Assembly: GCF_031769215.1 (NCBI RefSeq)
Contig: NW_026782137.1
Span: forward strand, 434,001 to 498,000
Length of the DNA stretch: 64,000 bases
DNA from: Ylistrum balloti
Lineage: Eukaryota
Direction: 5' to 3'
Below are positions 51,535-63,100 of the stretch, in pieces; the stretch's first letter is position 1; the number at the start of each line of letters is the position of its first letter. The notes under the pieces were generated by a model that searched no databases, was not told the DNA's origin, and was given only the letters and a program-made list of their open reading frames with translations. The position numbers and the translations under genes were made by a program.

Positions 51535-52010
51535 AGGAGGAGTAAGCGTCTTCTGATTCATCATCGACACCCGACACGTAAAACTTGGTCAATCCAAGTA
51601 AGTAATGTCACGTGCTCAAATGTGAACAAGACATACAACAACAGAATCAACCGGCAAAGTAGTATACAAAGAAATATAATTTTTCTAATTTGGGTCGATG
51701 TGGCGACCATTAAACTTCGACATAATTTTCAGCAATCATTCATGAACCCCTTTGTTACGGGATTGTTCGTCAGCTGCCGACTTCTTGCACAGAAATCGTG
51801 ATAATTGGAAAAGGCCCTTGAGTGTCGAATTAACTGCGACATGTAAACACCATAGGTTGTGGAGGCAAGACGTTGCTATCCAGTAAAAGGAAAATTCACA
51901 TTAGGAAAATTGAAATTATCGCGTTTATCAAACAGCTTGGTGGAAAGCTGTCCATCTTGCTTTCGTTGTAGACACGATCGAGATAAGCGGCTGTTGGGTT
52001 ATCAAATAAT
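51535..52010 (-). mobile_element. Naiad-type PLE remnant (RT C-terminus and 3' UTR)
   Basis: Minus strand AAYLD...DGQLSTKLFDKRDNFNFPNVNFP...YGVYMSQLIRHSRA...KFNGRH. Confidence 0.75.
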
Positions 52011-52956
52011 ATAATATGATAATTATTGATGGAGTTTTAGACAAATTTATTGAAAGATACAAACTTGATGCTGAATTTCCGAATTACAATATCTAACATT
52101 CTCAGCAGTGTTGACAAAATCATGATATCGAGGAGCATAAACTTTGTCCTTTCTGTTCTACTACGGAACTTAGGTTCTACTATTTGCAGTCAACATTGCT
52201 TTATTTAAAAGCTAAAGGTTCAATAGCAATTTAAATCTATAATGTGTTAAACAGAAACAGCAAAGACAACGATGGTTGGGGATTTTTCTACTTTTTATGA
52301 TCAAATTAGGTTAAACATATGAGCACCGCCTTTACAAATCATTAAAACAATATGAAGTCTTCCACCATATTTTAACTACAAACTCATTTTAATGCTTTTT
52401 AAAAGCAAAACTAATAAATGATAGTCATCTCTGCAACCTCTGTAACTTTGAAAGGGAAGCTGTTGAATATTTAATTTGAAATGTGATCAACTCGAAAGCA
52501 TACATTTTTCACAAAATAAACAAACATCACTTTTTGGTAAGATCAGAAATAATAACATTCCAAATATAAAGTGGACTTCATTTATTCATTTATTTTACCG
52601 TCCGCTATAGTGACCTTTCGGCCTTTCTTCAAGTAGACGAGATAAAGTGGACAATAAAACGATGCTGCATTTAAAACAGTGTCTGTAAACAACTAACACA
52701 AGTTAATAGATATCAATTCTTTGATCTAGATGTTCTACTCTTGCTCAAGTTAAAGTTAAAACTCGTGAAGGGGAGACGCTTTCCAATCAATGTGTGACTG
52801 AATAGAAGAAATTGGGTATAGTGATTAAACTACGAGAATAATGCATCCTTTTCAAATAAATAGTTATATATTTTGCTTACATTATGTAATGATAAAGTAA
52901 AGCATAAATCATATAGTTTTCATCGTATCTGTTTCCAGTCTCTGACACAGTCGTCA

Positions 52957-53170
52957 TTTTTGTGTCTCCGAAAAAGGCGACATATAGATATTGCTATGTC
53001 AGCGTCGGCATCGTCGTCGGCGGTGGCGCCATCGTCTGCACAAAGAAAATTGGTTTTGTATCATTAGTTGAGTTTTCTTCTTCGGATAATTAGACTCAAA
53101 CTTCATACAATTCTTCTTTCATATTATTTGAGTGTCTGACGTATCGCATTTTTAGATACTTCAGAGACTA
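52957..53170. mobile_element. Possible HINE-like remnant
   Basis: TTTTTGTGTCTCC...GGCGACATATAG start, followed by a GCGTCGGCATCGTCGTCGGCGG low-complexity block typical of these elements. 3' end unclear. Confidence 0.4.
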
Positions 53171-54917
53171 ATGAAAATGTCTGATACAATAAAATAACAT
53201 AATAATCGTATTACATGCAAACAGTAAATGAAATACCAGACTACCACCCTAACTCAAAATTTAATTGTGATTTTGCCAGATCACTTTACCTCACCTGTCC
53301 TGACCATACATAATTAAAAAACATTAAAAAACATAATTAGCTGCTCCCTGTCTATATATCAACCAATGTATACTATGTGTTAATATTTTTGTATGTAAGA
53401 GATATATGTAAAATCATATGACATTTATATCATAAAATACTATTCGATGTATTTTAATTCGACTCTGTATTGTGCTTTGTTATTAACTTAATCTAAGACA
53501 AATCGTTTATAGCATCTGGTATAATATCTCTTTAAACAGATATAAAAGAGAAAAACACGTGTAAACGAACTAGTGTGAAATATATGGTTGGTATGGAAAT
53601 GACTATAAGTGGTTTGCTTATATCGTCGTAAAAAAAAAAAATCTTTTTAAAAGTGGGCAAATCGGGAACCCCCTATCCTATTCTAATTCCCTGCCCTGGG
53701 GGCTAAATACTTCACCAGTGTTAGGGTCTGTAAATTTCACACCTTCATGGTTCATAATAGGTAAAAGGCCGATGTCGGTATGTCATTTCGTTTTACCGTC
53801 CGTGAAAAGGCGCCAGGCGAAAAAACGAAATGACGATAAAACTAAATTAAAAGAAGTACTTGCTGGACCGAAAGAGTAATATCAACAAAATCACATCACA
53901 ATAAACATGGATATATTTACCCATGAATACCAAGACTGCGGAATTAACAACGCGAGATATCGCATAATTTGAGCAGAAAAACATGTAGAGAAAGGACACT
54001 TTTGGCTAAAACGCAAATAAAACAAAAACTGCGTCTGATATGTTAAAAAGCAAGGACGATATTGAGATATTTATCTGTTTGCCTGTGTTTTCGTTCATTT
54101 GCGTGTGGAATAGTTTTACATTTGCTTCTGTTGGCATTTGTATATTGTATTCGACATATTGTAATCAATACGCATGTGCAAGAACTTCTAAATACGACCC
54201 GCAGTTTATTAAAAACCTCATTTATAACTGAATCATTACTATAACAGGACAGGAAATTATCAATATTACCAAATGATGCATACTATGTGCTTGTATTGTA
54301 GAAGTGACTCACAAGTGAATAGCACCTTTGAAAAATTGAATTAAACTATATCATACAGTTGATTCGTCCTAAAGTCATATTTTCTCGCCAATTGGTATGC
54401 TTGTCTTAAAAACTGCAACCCCTTCAACAGTGTTACCCCCATACCTGTATTTTTTCCTACATCAGGAGTAGCTGACGATCACATTATCTTAAACTGAAAA
54501 AAAAATCAGTTTAGTTAGTGACTCTGGTGTACCTTCAGAAAAATCTATCAGAATGCAGCTTTTTAGATTATAAAGTCGTAAAGGTCATATGAAAGTAGTA
54601 CGATTGAAACGTAAAGTGATTGAAGATGTCTTGTGATTGATTTCTATAATTTGATCTCCCCTCGGCCACAGATTGATAATCGAGTAGATAAACAAAAAAG
54701 TCAGCCAACAGAGGGCACAATAGTTTGTTGAAGATCTAATTACCAAACTCAACCAAGATATTGACAACCAGAAACTCGATGTTTTTTTGTACCATTAAGA
54801 AAAACAAACGGAGAAAGTAACATGATTTAATTTTCTTTAATTCAATATGCATTCAATTTTCCCTTTTTCAATACCACAGTGAAGACAACAGTGGGAGATA
54901 TTCTGTCGTTACTTGAA

Positions 54918-56056
54918 ATGGAATTCATAAAGAAGACGGACAGCGAAGGAAATCATATTCAAGCGTTACCAGGGCCGACCATTTCACAAGGAAATTCCTG
55001 GTAATGTTGGTGACCAACTTAAGAAGGTGGCGTCTCTACCGTTGTTCAGATGATGTGTTGATATGCACTTTTCCGAAATCAGGTAAAAGAAAACCACTAT
55101 TCAATCAAAAACAAGTATGGAACAATTCATATCACATAATTTTTTCATTTATCGCTATAGTTAGGTCTTACAGTAGAAAACATCGATAATTTTTTCCCCA
55201 ATAAAATTATCATTGTTGATTTGTTGAGTGAGTTTTGGTGATAAAATAGCGAAGTTTGATAATTAAAAGCAAACATATTTGTCTTAAAGTCTTTGTGTAT
55301 GGAACGCAAATTTAAGGAATTGACAGAAGAGAGCAATATTGACCAATGTTTGAAAATGCATGTTATATTTAAGGTACACATTGGGTGTTCAACATTGTCA
55401 ACATGATACAAACCGGAAGTCTTCGATACAAAGCCAATCCAGTGACGATAGAATTTCAGGACCTCGGAATATTAGATGAGATGAAGTCTCCAAAGATTTT
55501 GACTACACATCTTACTTACCCATTCATCCCTAAGGCTGCAAAGGAAGGACAAATGAAACTGATTTACGTGCTTCGGAATCCAAAGGATGTCGTTTGTTCA
55601 TTCTACACATACATGAGTCAAATTCAAAGTACAAGTTACATTGGCAGTTTCGGGGGATTTTTCGAAGCTTTCCTCTCGCACGAATGTAATTTTATGATTT
55701 TATTATTTTGAATAAGCATTTCTGACTTTAATTATGACGTAACAATAAACGTAGTTCTTTAATTATGATATAATACGTACGATATATTTTAAGCTATCAT
55801 GTGTCTCGCTTAATACTTGTGAATTCTTTATAAAGAAAAGTTGAAAAAAGACACTGCTAATAGCATTTCTTAGTTCATTTGTACTTCTTATTTTCAAAGC
55901 TTTTGTTTACATTAATTTAATTATTTTTCAATTCTATTTAATGAAGTCATATCAAGTGGTGGATCCTGGTTCACACATACCAAAGAATGGAATACAGCGT
56001 TACGTGAGAATAAGGATTTGAATATTCTATTTCTCACTTATGAAGGTTTAAAAAAG
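54918..56056 (+). pseudogene. Cytosolic sulfotransferase (SULT) pseudogene, 3' half missing
   Basis: Exon 1 (54918-55082) needs two frameshifts to read MEFIKKTDSEGNH...RYQGRPF...DDVLICTFPKSG. Exon 2 (55374-55685) reads GTHW...THL...IYVLRNPKDVVCSFY. Exon 3 (55947-56056) reads GGSWFTHTKEW...LFLTYEGLKK and ends at AAG|atagaa, a destroyed donor. No downstream RKGxxGDW exon was found. Confidence 0.85.
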
Positions 56057-56357
56057 ATAGAAAATTGTTTCTGATTCCTGTCTGACCCACTCCCAAACCC
56101 GTTTTAATAATCGGATTGATCAGTAGTAGATCATGTGACATTTTAACATTGGTTGAAGATCCCATCTCGGAAGGTTTATTTTTATCAGGAAGCTGATATC
56201 ACGATCGTTATATCCTTTCTTGGTTGCTTCCTTTGTAAATACGCTTGCTTCGATTAATTATTATTATTTTCTTTAGAGATCGCGAGCATTATATTCCCAT
56301 CAATCATACTTCATGAATTTACATTTTTACAATACGACTGCATTTCTGATTTTACAA

Positions 56358-57020
56358 AGAACACTGGTAGACAGGTGGAAAGACAATACAGATGAAACAG
56401 CTGTAGACTATAACTACTGTCACACATTGCTGCATTCATATTTATATGAAAGATGTGTGCATCCCATACAGGAATTGGACATAATCACGCTTTGGTAACA
56501 CGAGAAGAGAGTAGCACACTTTGCTTCGTTGTCGCTTGTGTTGTGCACAGCTCGACGCGTATGAAGGTGAGTCTACAGTAACACGAGTAACACGGATAGC
56601 AAATATGTGGTGAAAAAAATTTCAGTCGACTGTTATATTTCATCTGTACGAATCCAAAAGTCTATGTAAGTATACTGATGATTCTACAGAAATGTCTCGT
56701 CTCTAATTTCATGATGTTAAATATGTATGCCACGTTTCATTCAATTGAATAGATGACCTGTACTTGATATTCTTTTGAAAACTTTCGATTATTGAAAATA
56801 ACGTTATAGCGGACATACCCATCTAGATTTTGACATTTTATGCAGCAAATTTCATTTTCTCGATAACTGTTTACGTTTCAGCACTATAGGTCTTTATTTT
56901 AAAACTGTTTGAAGCAGTCTCAATCTGTGTTCTTTGTGCATTGTTTTCATCGTATTTTATAATGCGCTCTAACTGTATCGAGGCATGCATTCTGGTAATG
57001 CGACAGGCATTTGGAAAACA
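56358..57020. repeat. Unclassified repeat, copy 2 of 3
   Basis: See 50239-50970. Confidence 0.85.
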
Positions 57021-57263
57021 CTAGAAATAAATCCTTGCCTTTATCCCTGATGAATATGTTTTTACATCCCAATATATTATATGATGACATAGGGATGGTG
57101 TGGTTGGGTTGGGTATGGGATAGGGGTTATGATTGGGGGTTGCTAACCACCCCCTAATTAATTGTGCCTTTACGAAGGATGACCATTTAGCATGAAGTAT
57201 GATTTTAAATTCCCAAAGGAACATTGTGGGTTGTAACTGTTAATTCCTTTTAGTAAGACAGTC

Positions 57264-57762
57264 AAGTCAGACCTAAGATGTGTAAATACTCTGTAACATA
57301 ACACTGGTAGACAGGTGGAAGGACAACACAGGTAAAACAGCAGTAGACTGCATTCATATTCATATTAGGAATTGGACATAATCGCGTTTGGTAACACTAG
57401 AAGAGATTACACTGTGCGTTATGACCACGTTTCGTGTGCAGACAGACGCAGCAGGGTGATGTGAAAATGGGTCGATAGTTATACGGATAACAAATATCTT
57501 GTGAAACACTTTTCAGAGGACTGTTTTATTTTATCGGTACAAATCCAAACGTCTATGTAAGTATACTTATGATTCTAAAGAAATGTCTCTAATATAATGA
57601 CAACTGTACATAAACCTCAGGTAAAACAATTTACTTATGTTAAATATGTATCCCAAGTTTCATTCAATTGAATAAATGCCTTGTCCTTAATATGCTTTTG
57701 AAAACATTCGATATTTGAAAATAATAATATAGCGCACTTCCCATCTAGATTTTGACATTTCA
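57264..57762. repeat. Unclassified repeat, copy 3 of 3
   Basis: See 50239-50970. Confidence 0.85.
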
Positions 57763-58310
57763 ATCTCCACAGTATCCCTATATCATATATCATCACAGGA
57801 GTGTGTTACGTCATCAACATGATCATTTCCTTTTCTTCAGTGAGGTTTTGGGCTTTGGTAGATTATGTAATTCGACTAATATATTGGTTTCATGACGTCG
57901 TTTATGTTTTTTGGGCTGTAAAGAACCCATATTAAATAGGGTTTCATCGCTGGCTGCCCGCTGCATTTTTCTGGTCTATTAGAGCAAATGTTTTGTTCTT
58001 TATTTTTTGTTTTACATAGTCACTCCCTTTTACCTTGTTGACCACTCTTCAATGAAACTATCTACTTAAAAACTGTTTGCATCGAATATTTTCTAAAACT
58101 TTCTGTCGAGTCAGATATCGCCATTCCTCTTTCTCTGTGTACAAAATAAAATATACAATGCTTACTACTCACCAGAGAGTTAAATTGCTGTATAATACAT
58201 TGTTTAAAACCTTAACGACAGCGGCGTGAAGAGGGAGTTATTCTAAACGGCAAACGGATCGTAATACTCTCCAAGTACTGTCCACTCCTTTCTTCGAATA
58301 CATGCATATA

Positions 58311-58510
58311 CAGTGAAACCTCACCTAACGACCACCTCAAAATTAAGACCATCCCGCTATTACGGGCACTTTTTTTCAGTTCCGTTTTTTTCACTATCTT
58401 TGTATTGGTCGATTCAGTTTTACGACCACCCTACTATTCCGTATTACGACCACTTCTTACAGTCCCAACGACCACATATTAACGATAATTGACCTCATAA
58501 TTACGACCAA
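58311..58510. mobile_element. Tc1/pogo-type MITE fragment (one end only)
   Basis: TA followed by CAGTGAAACCTC, a pogo/Tigger-like terminus, then several ACGACCAC sub-terminal repeats. No matching opposite end seen. Confidence 0.55.
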
Positions 58511-58681
58511 GTTCTGACCAGTGATTAAAGAATACCTGGTGGGCAGTGAACCGCGAGCATGTGTGTCGTTCTCGACCATTGTTTTCGTCACGGGTTACCG
58601 ACCCTGTCATCAGGTGGCGTTACACGAAGTAAACATCATTATCGGATTAACTTGGCCTACCCGTGTGAAACTGTATGCCAA

Positions 58682-58935
58682 TGTAACAGAGGTCATTTTT
58701 CATCTCAATGCCTCCGCTAGGAATCGAACCCGGGACCCCTGGCTTACTAGTCTCACGCTCAACTAATCGAGCTAAAGAGAAGTTCTCTCTAGCTGAGAGG
58801 TATATTGCGGCTAGTATTTTACCAGGGTTACATACTCCCCCTCCAGGAAATAACTCGTCCTTGAGTTTCCAGGGGTTACAGCGATGCTGGTGGGGCATGG
58901 CTAAGTATTATTCCCGGGTCCCTACATGGGCGCCA
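58682..58935 (-). mobile_element. TRIM-like miniature LTR element: PBS, ~100-bp internal region, PPT and one 151-bp LTR
   Basis: Minus strand: TGGCGCCCATGTAGGGA (PBS resembling the complement of a tRNA-Lys 3' end, 58935-58919); GGAGGGGGAGTA (PPT, 58844-58833); then an LTR with inverted termini TGTAAC...GTTACA (58832-58682). The upstream LTR is absent. Confidence 0.65.
58709..58781 (-). pseudogene. tRNA-Thr(AGT)-derived sequence with Pol III A and B boxes, inside the LTR
   Basis: 73 nt with tRNA spacing: perfect D stem GCTC/GAGC, loop CT-AGT-AA, T loop TTCGATT, T stem 4/5, acceptor stem 5/7 including G-U pairs. The anticodon stem is broken, so this is not a functional tRNA. Confidence 0.7.
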
Positions 58936-60129
58936 ACGCTAGCAAATCCACTCATTGCTGCTTGCTGCATTTTTCTAGTCTATCAGAGCAAATGTTTGTT
59001 TTTGTTTTACCTAGTCATTCCCCCTAACCTTGTTGACCACTTAACATATCTTAAATAAAACTTCTTAATAACTCTTTGCATCGAATCTTTTCTAAGAACT
59101 TCCGTCAGAAAGTCAGACATCGCCATTCCTCTTTCTTGACCACACACTAGAGAGTTCAGTTGCTGTAATATACATTGTTAAAAAAAGTTAACGAAAACAT
59201 TGTGAAGAGGAAGGGGCTATTCAAAACGGGAAACGGATCGTTATACTCGCCATGTACTGTCCACTTCTTTCTTCGAATACATGTATACGTTAATCTAATG
59301 CTGACCTTGCTTCGTATCCGTATCCGATATTTAGTATTAACATGGCGTCGCTAATGCACGAGGCATCTCTTCCACCTTAAAATATTGGTGAAATATTTTT
59401 AAAGATTATCTTTATCTACAAACTTTCCATTTTTGAAATAAAAAAAGGCTTGTTGATTCCCGTCAATTTCTATGACGTTGTCAAATTCGGTATAGGCGAT
59501 CACATTGATAATTTAAGACAAACTTCCCGAAATGAATATCAAGATACACATTTCCTCTCTTTATCAGGCAAAAAATGCCTAATTCGGAAAGATCGGGCGT
59601 CAGGTCGAATCCAAATAAAGTTGGCCGTTGCCGTATTCTTCTCTCGAGATGTTGTTTCCCTCGTAGTGGAAAATTTTGACGCAGGTCCGAGACTTTACAA
59701 GGCCTTGAGTTTGAGTCGATGTTTTCCTTCTAAAACTTATTTTCTAATCGACTTTTTATAAATCTTCTCCAAATTCATGCCAATTCTAAATGCCTGTTTT
59801 CCTAAACACTTAACACCAGTCTATGATACGGAAGTCACGGCTTTCATTCTTAATTTTACCAGAGGGGCGGCCGATTTCTTGAAATAGTTTTTGATGGAGA
59901 GCTACGTAATAAATGGGTTGAAATTCCTTACGACGTGTACGGGTTTATCTTTGATGGAAATTTTCCTAATATCGTGGCTCTGGTGTCTCCTACCGTTTGT
60001 TCCACTAACGGACATTATACGGAGGTGAAATATAATCCTTGTCTGTCGTCTGCTATGCAATATCCTTTTCTCGAAACCTTAAAATTTCGCTAACCTTTTA
60101 CTTTCGGCGATACTTTTGCCAGACGATAT

Positions 60130-63100
60130 TGTTAACGTAACTCTAGTGTCGACGTCGACGACATTAATTCTGAACATGTAACCGAGCGATACAATTCTTG
60201 AGGTGTTTAGTATTGGTCAAAAGATGTTAACTGAAAAATGCAACTCCTCGAACAGTGTCACTCCGACAATTGTATGTATAATGAAAGGATAAAGAAACGC
60301 AACTTATTTAAATGTAAAATAAACATATTAAATAAACATAGATGTATAGGAATTCGAGGGCACTGTTGAGTTATTTTTCATTCCGTATGGATCTCAATCC
60401 GCTATATTGTTATAATAATAAAAATGTAGACAGCATTTAGGCCCACAAACTCATCATCGTCAACATGGTGGCAGTAGTGACGGTGTCATACAGTGAATTG
60501 TGAACTGGGACTATGTAAGTGTTGATACATTCAGTGACTGATTCCTTCTAATAGTAATCATAGGTGAAGAAGGTCAAGCTATGAATCTTCCCGCGGCCGC
60601 ATCGACAGTTCAGCCATTGCCGGCACCCGTACAACACATAAACACTAATTTACGTCTACCCCCAGAATTAAACATTCACTCAGGTAATGTTTCTGAGAGA
60701 ACTTTAAAACGTGGAAACGTCACGTTGAAGTGTACCTCACTGCAAGCGGAATTGCACAGATGAGCGGCGAGATTCAAACCGCGACAATAATAAACTGTGG
60801 TGGCGAGGCCCTGCTCAAATCGTATGACCATTTCATACGAGAAGAGGGATTAGATAGAAACAATCCTGTCGACGTATTCAATAAAATAAAGGATTACTGT
60901 CATCCTAGACAGAATGAAGTTGCTGAGTCACATAAATTTTGGACAGTTCAATACTTTGAGCCCTTTGATCAATTCTTGACAGAATTAAGGTCACGTGCAG
61001 CAACCTGTAACTTCGGTGACCAGGACGACGACCTCACACTGAAGCGAGCAATTAAAATATGTCAGTCGTACGAACAAGCAAATAGACAGGCGAGTCAAAT
61101 GAAAGAACCTAATTATAGTAACAAGGACTCCAAGGTGAATAAAATCAAGGCCGCTAACAAGCCAACAGGAAAAGGGAAACCAAAACAACACATGAACAAT
61201 AGACAGAAAGAGTCAACACCAGGAAATAGTGCAAGCATTAGAGAGTGAAGATTTTGTGGACGAACGCATAGTATGAAAAAGGAGGCATGCCCAGCCTGGG
61301 GAAAGACCTGTTCGCAATGTAATGGCCGGAATCACTTCAAAGTAAAATGTAAAAAGAAGAATCTGCGTGTTGTTGGTGTTGAAGGGAGAAACTCCGAGTT
61401 TGATGATGATGAAACCGACCAGTCGTTAAACGCCGTCTCAAAAACACAGAGTAAAACTTTGGTCACAGCGTCAATGATTGTGAATGACAATACCATAAAA
61501 TTTCAACTGGATTGTGGAGCAGATGTCAACACCATCAATCAAAGATACGTTCGGAAGGAACAAGTTCTCCCTACAAATCTGACCCTACACATGTTCAACG
61601 AATGTATACAAACCATTTTTCAATAACAGATTACAGAACATTTCAGGTTTAAGATCAATACAAGGATTAGGTCTTGTAACTGTCAACAATGAACGTTTCA
61701 TTGGAAAAGTAGAGTCAACGTCTGTGACTAAATTGGGTGATCTAGGGGAGGCAACTCTTACACTCGACCCCAACATAAAACCTAAAGCTCTACCATGTCG
61801 AAAACTTCCACTCGCACTCCAGGATCAGGTTAAGGCTGAGTTAGACAGTCTAGTGGAGAGACAGATTTTAGTACATATAACTAAACCTACTCCATGGGTG
61901 AGTCAAATGGCTGTGGCCCACAAGGCCAATGGAAAACTGAGGAATTGTTTGGACCCCCAGATCCTAAATACAGCATTGCAAAGAGAACATTTCAAACTAC
62001 CAACTTTGGATGATGTGTTACCAAAGCTGAAAAATGCCCGTGTATTCAGTAAGCTGGATGTTAAGGAAGCATTTTGGCACATACCTCTCGATGAACAGTC
62101 TAGTGAGTATACCACAATGATCACACCATTTGGGAGGTACAGATGGGCTAAATGAAGCTCTGGAGGGGCTAGATGGTATATTCGCGATAGCCGATGACAT
62201 TATAGTAGTGGACAAAGGCTCGTCAGATACGATTGCCCTAGGGGACAACGAGAACAAACTAAAGGTTCTTTATCAACGATGCAAAGAGAGAAATATAGTC
62301 CTGAATGAGGAAAAGAAAGTCACAGGTCTTAAGGAAATACTCTTTCATGGGCATGCCATTACAGCTGATGGTATTAAAGCAGACCCATTGAAAGTTGAGG
62401 CCATTCTCAAAATGGTTAGTCCTACTGATGCTCATGGAGTCCGGAGATTCTGTGGTATGGTCCAATATATGGCCCGTTTCTTACCCTCACTCTCAAATAT
62501 AATGGAACCACTACGTGAGCTAACACGGAAAGATATAAATTTCAAGTGGTCAAAGGAACACGAGGAATGTTTTAAGAGTGTAAAACAGGCACTTACATCT
62601 ACACCAATCTTGGCATACTACGACCCAAACAAGGAGTTGGTAATTCAAGTAGACAGCAGTAAAGACGGTATTGGTGCAGTCATGTTACAAAACGGGAAAC
62701 CAGTTGAATATGCGTCCAGAGCTCTAACCTCCTCTGAAAGGAAGTGTGCACAGATAGAAAAGGAAACACTTGCTATCCTATACGGAGCTGAGCGTTTTGA
62801 CCAATACACATATGGACGAAAAATAGTGATTGAAAATGATCACAAACCACTAGAATCAATTTTGAAGAAACCCCTTAGGTATGATGTTGAATTCCATTTC
62901 ATCAAGGGGAAATCACTCGTGATTGCTGACACTCTCAGCAGAGCATTTCTCGATAGTGCTAGACCTCGTATCATGAATATCAAAGTACATGAGGACATTT
63001 CTGATACACGACTATAGGAAATACGTGTAGCGACTTTGGCCGACCCCGGTCTACAAATGCTAATGGACACCATAAAGAATGGATGGCCAGATACAAGGGA

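Larger units (their letters stand above)
57955..59290. repeat. Local direct duplication of ~340 bp (57955-58310 and ~58960-59290) enclosing transposon fragments
   Basis: Both copies read GCTGCATTTTTCT...GAGCAAATG...CCTTGTTGACCACT...TTGCATCGAAT...ATCGCCATTCCTCTTTCT...AAACGGATCG...GTACTGTCCACT...TTCTTCGAATACATG. Confidence 0.85.

Noticed and set aside
48600-54800. Short (60-121 aa) ORFs throughout this and other intergenic or intronic regions
   Set aside because: Low-complexity, hydrophobic AT-rich translations without motifs or consistent splice structure; expected by chance.
58709-58781. Functional tRNA-Thr gene
   Set aside because: The anticodon stem has only 2 of 5 pairs and the acceptor stem has two mismatches. 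Reported as tRNA-derived instead.
59330-60120. 103-aa ORF (59450-59761) and the comparatively CpG-rich sequence before the Gypsy LTR
   Set aside because: No motif I can recognise in any frame. Possibly a decayed retroelement; needs a translated search.
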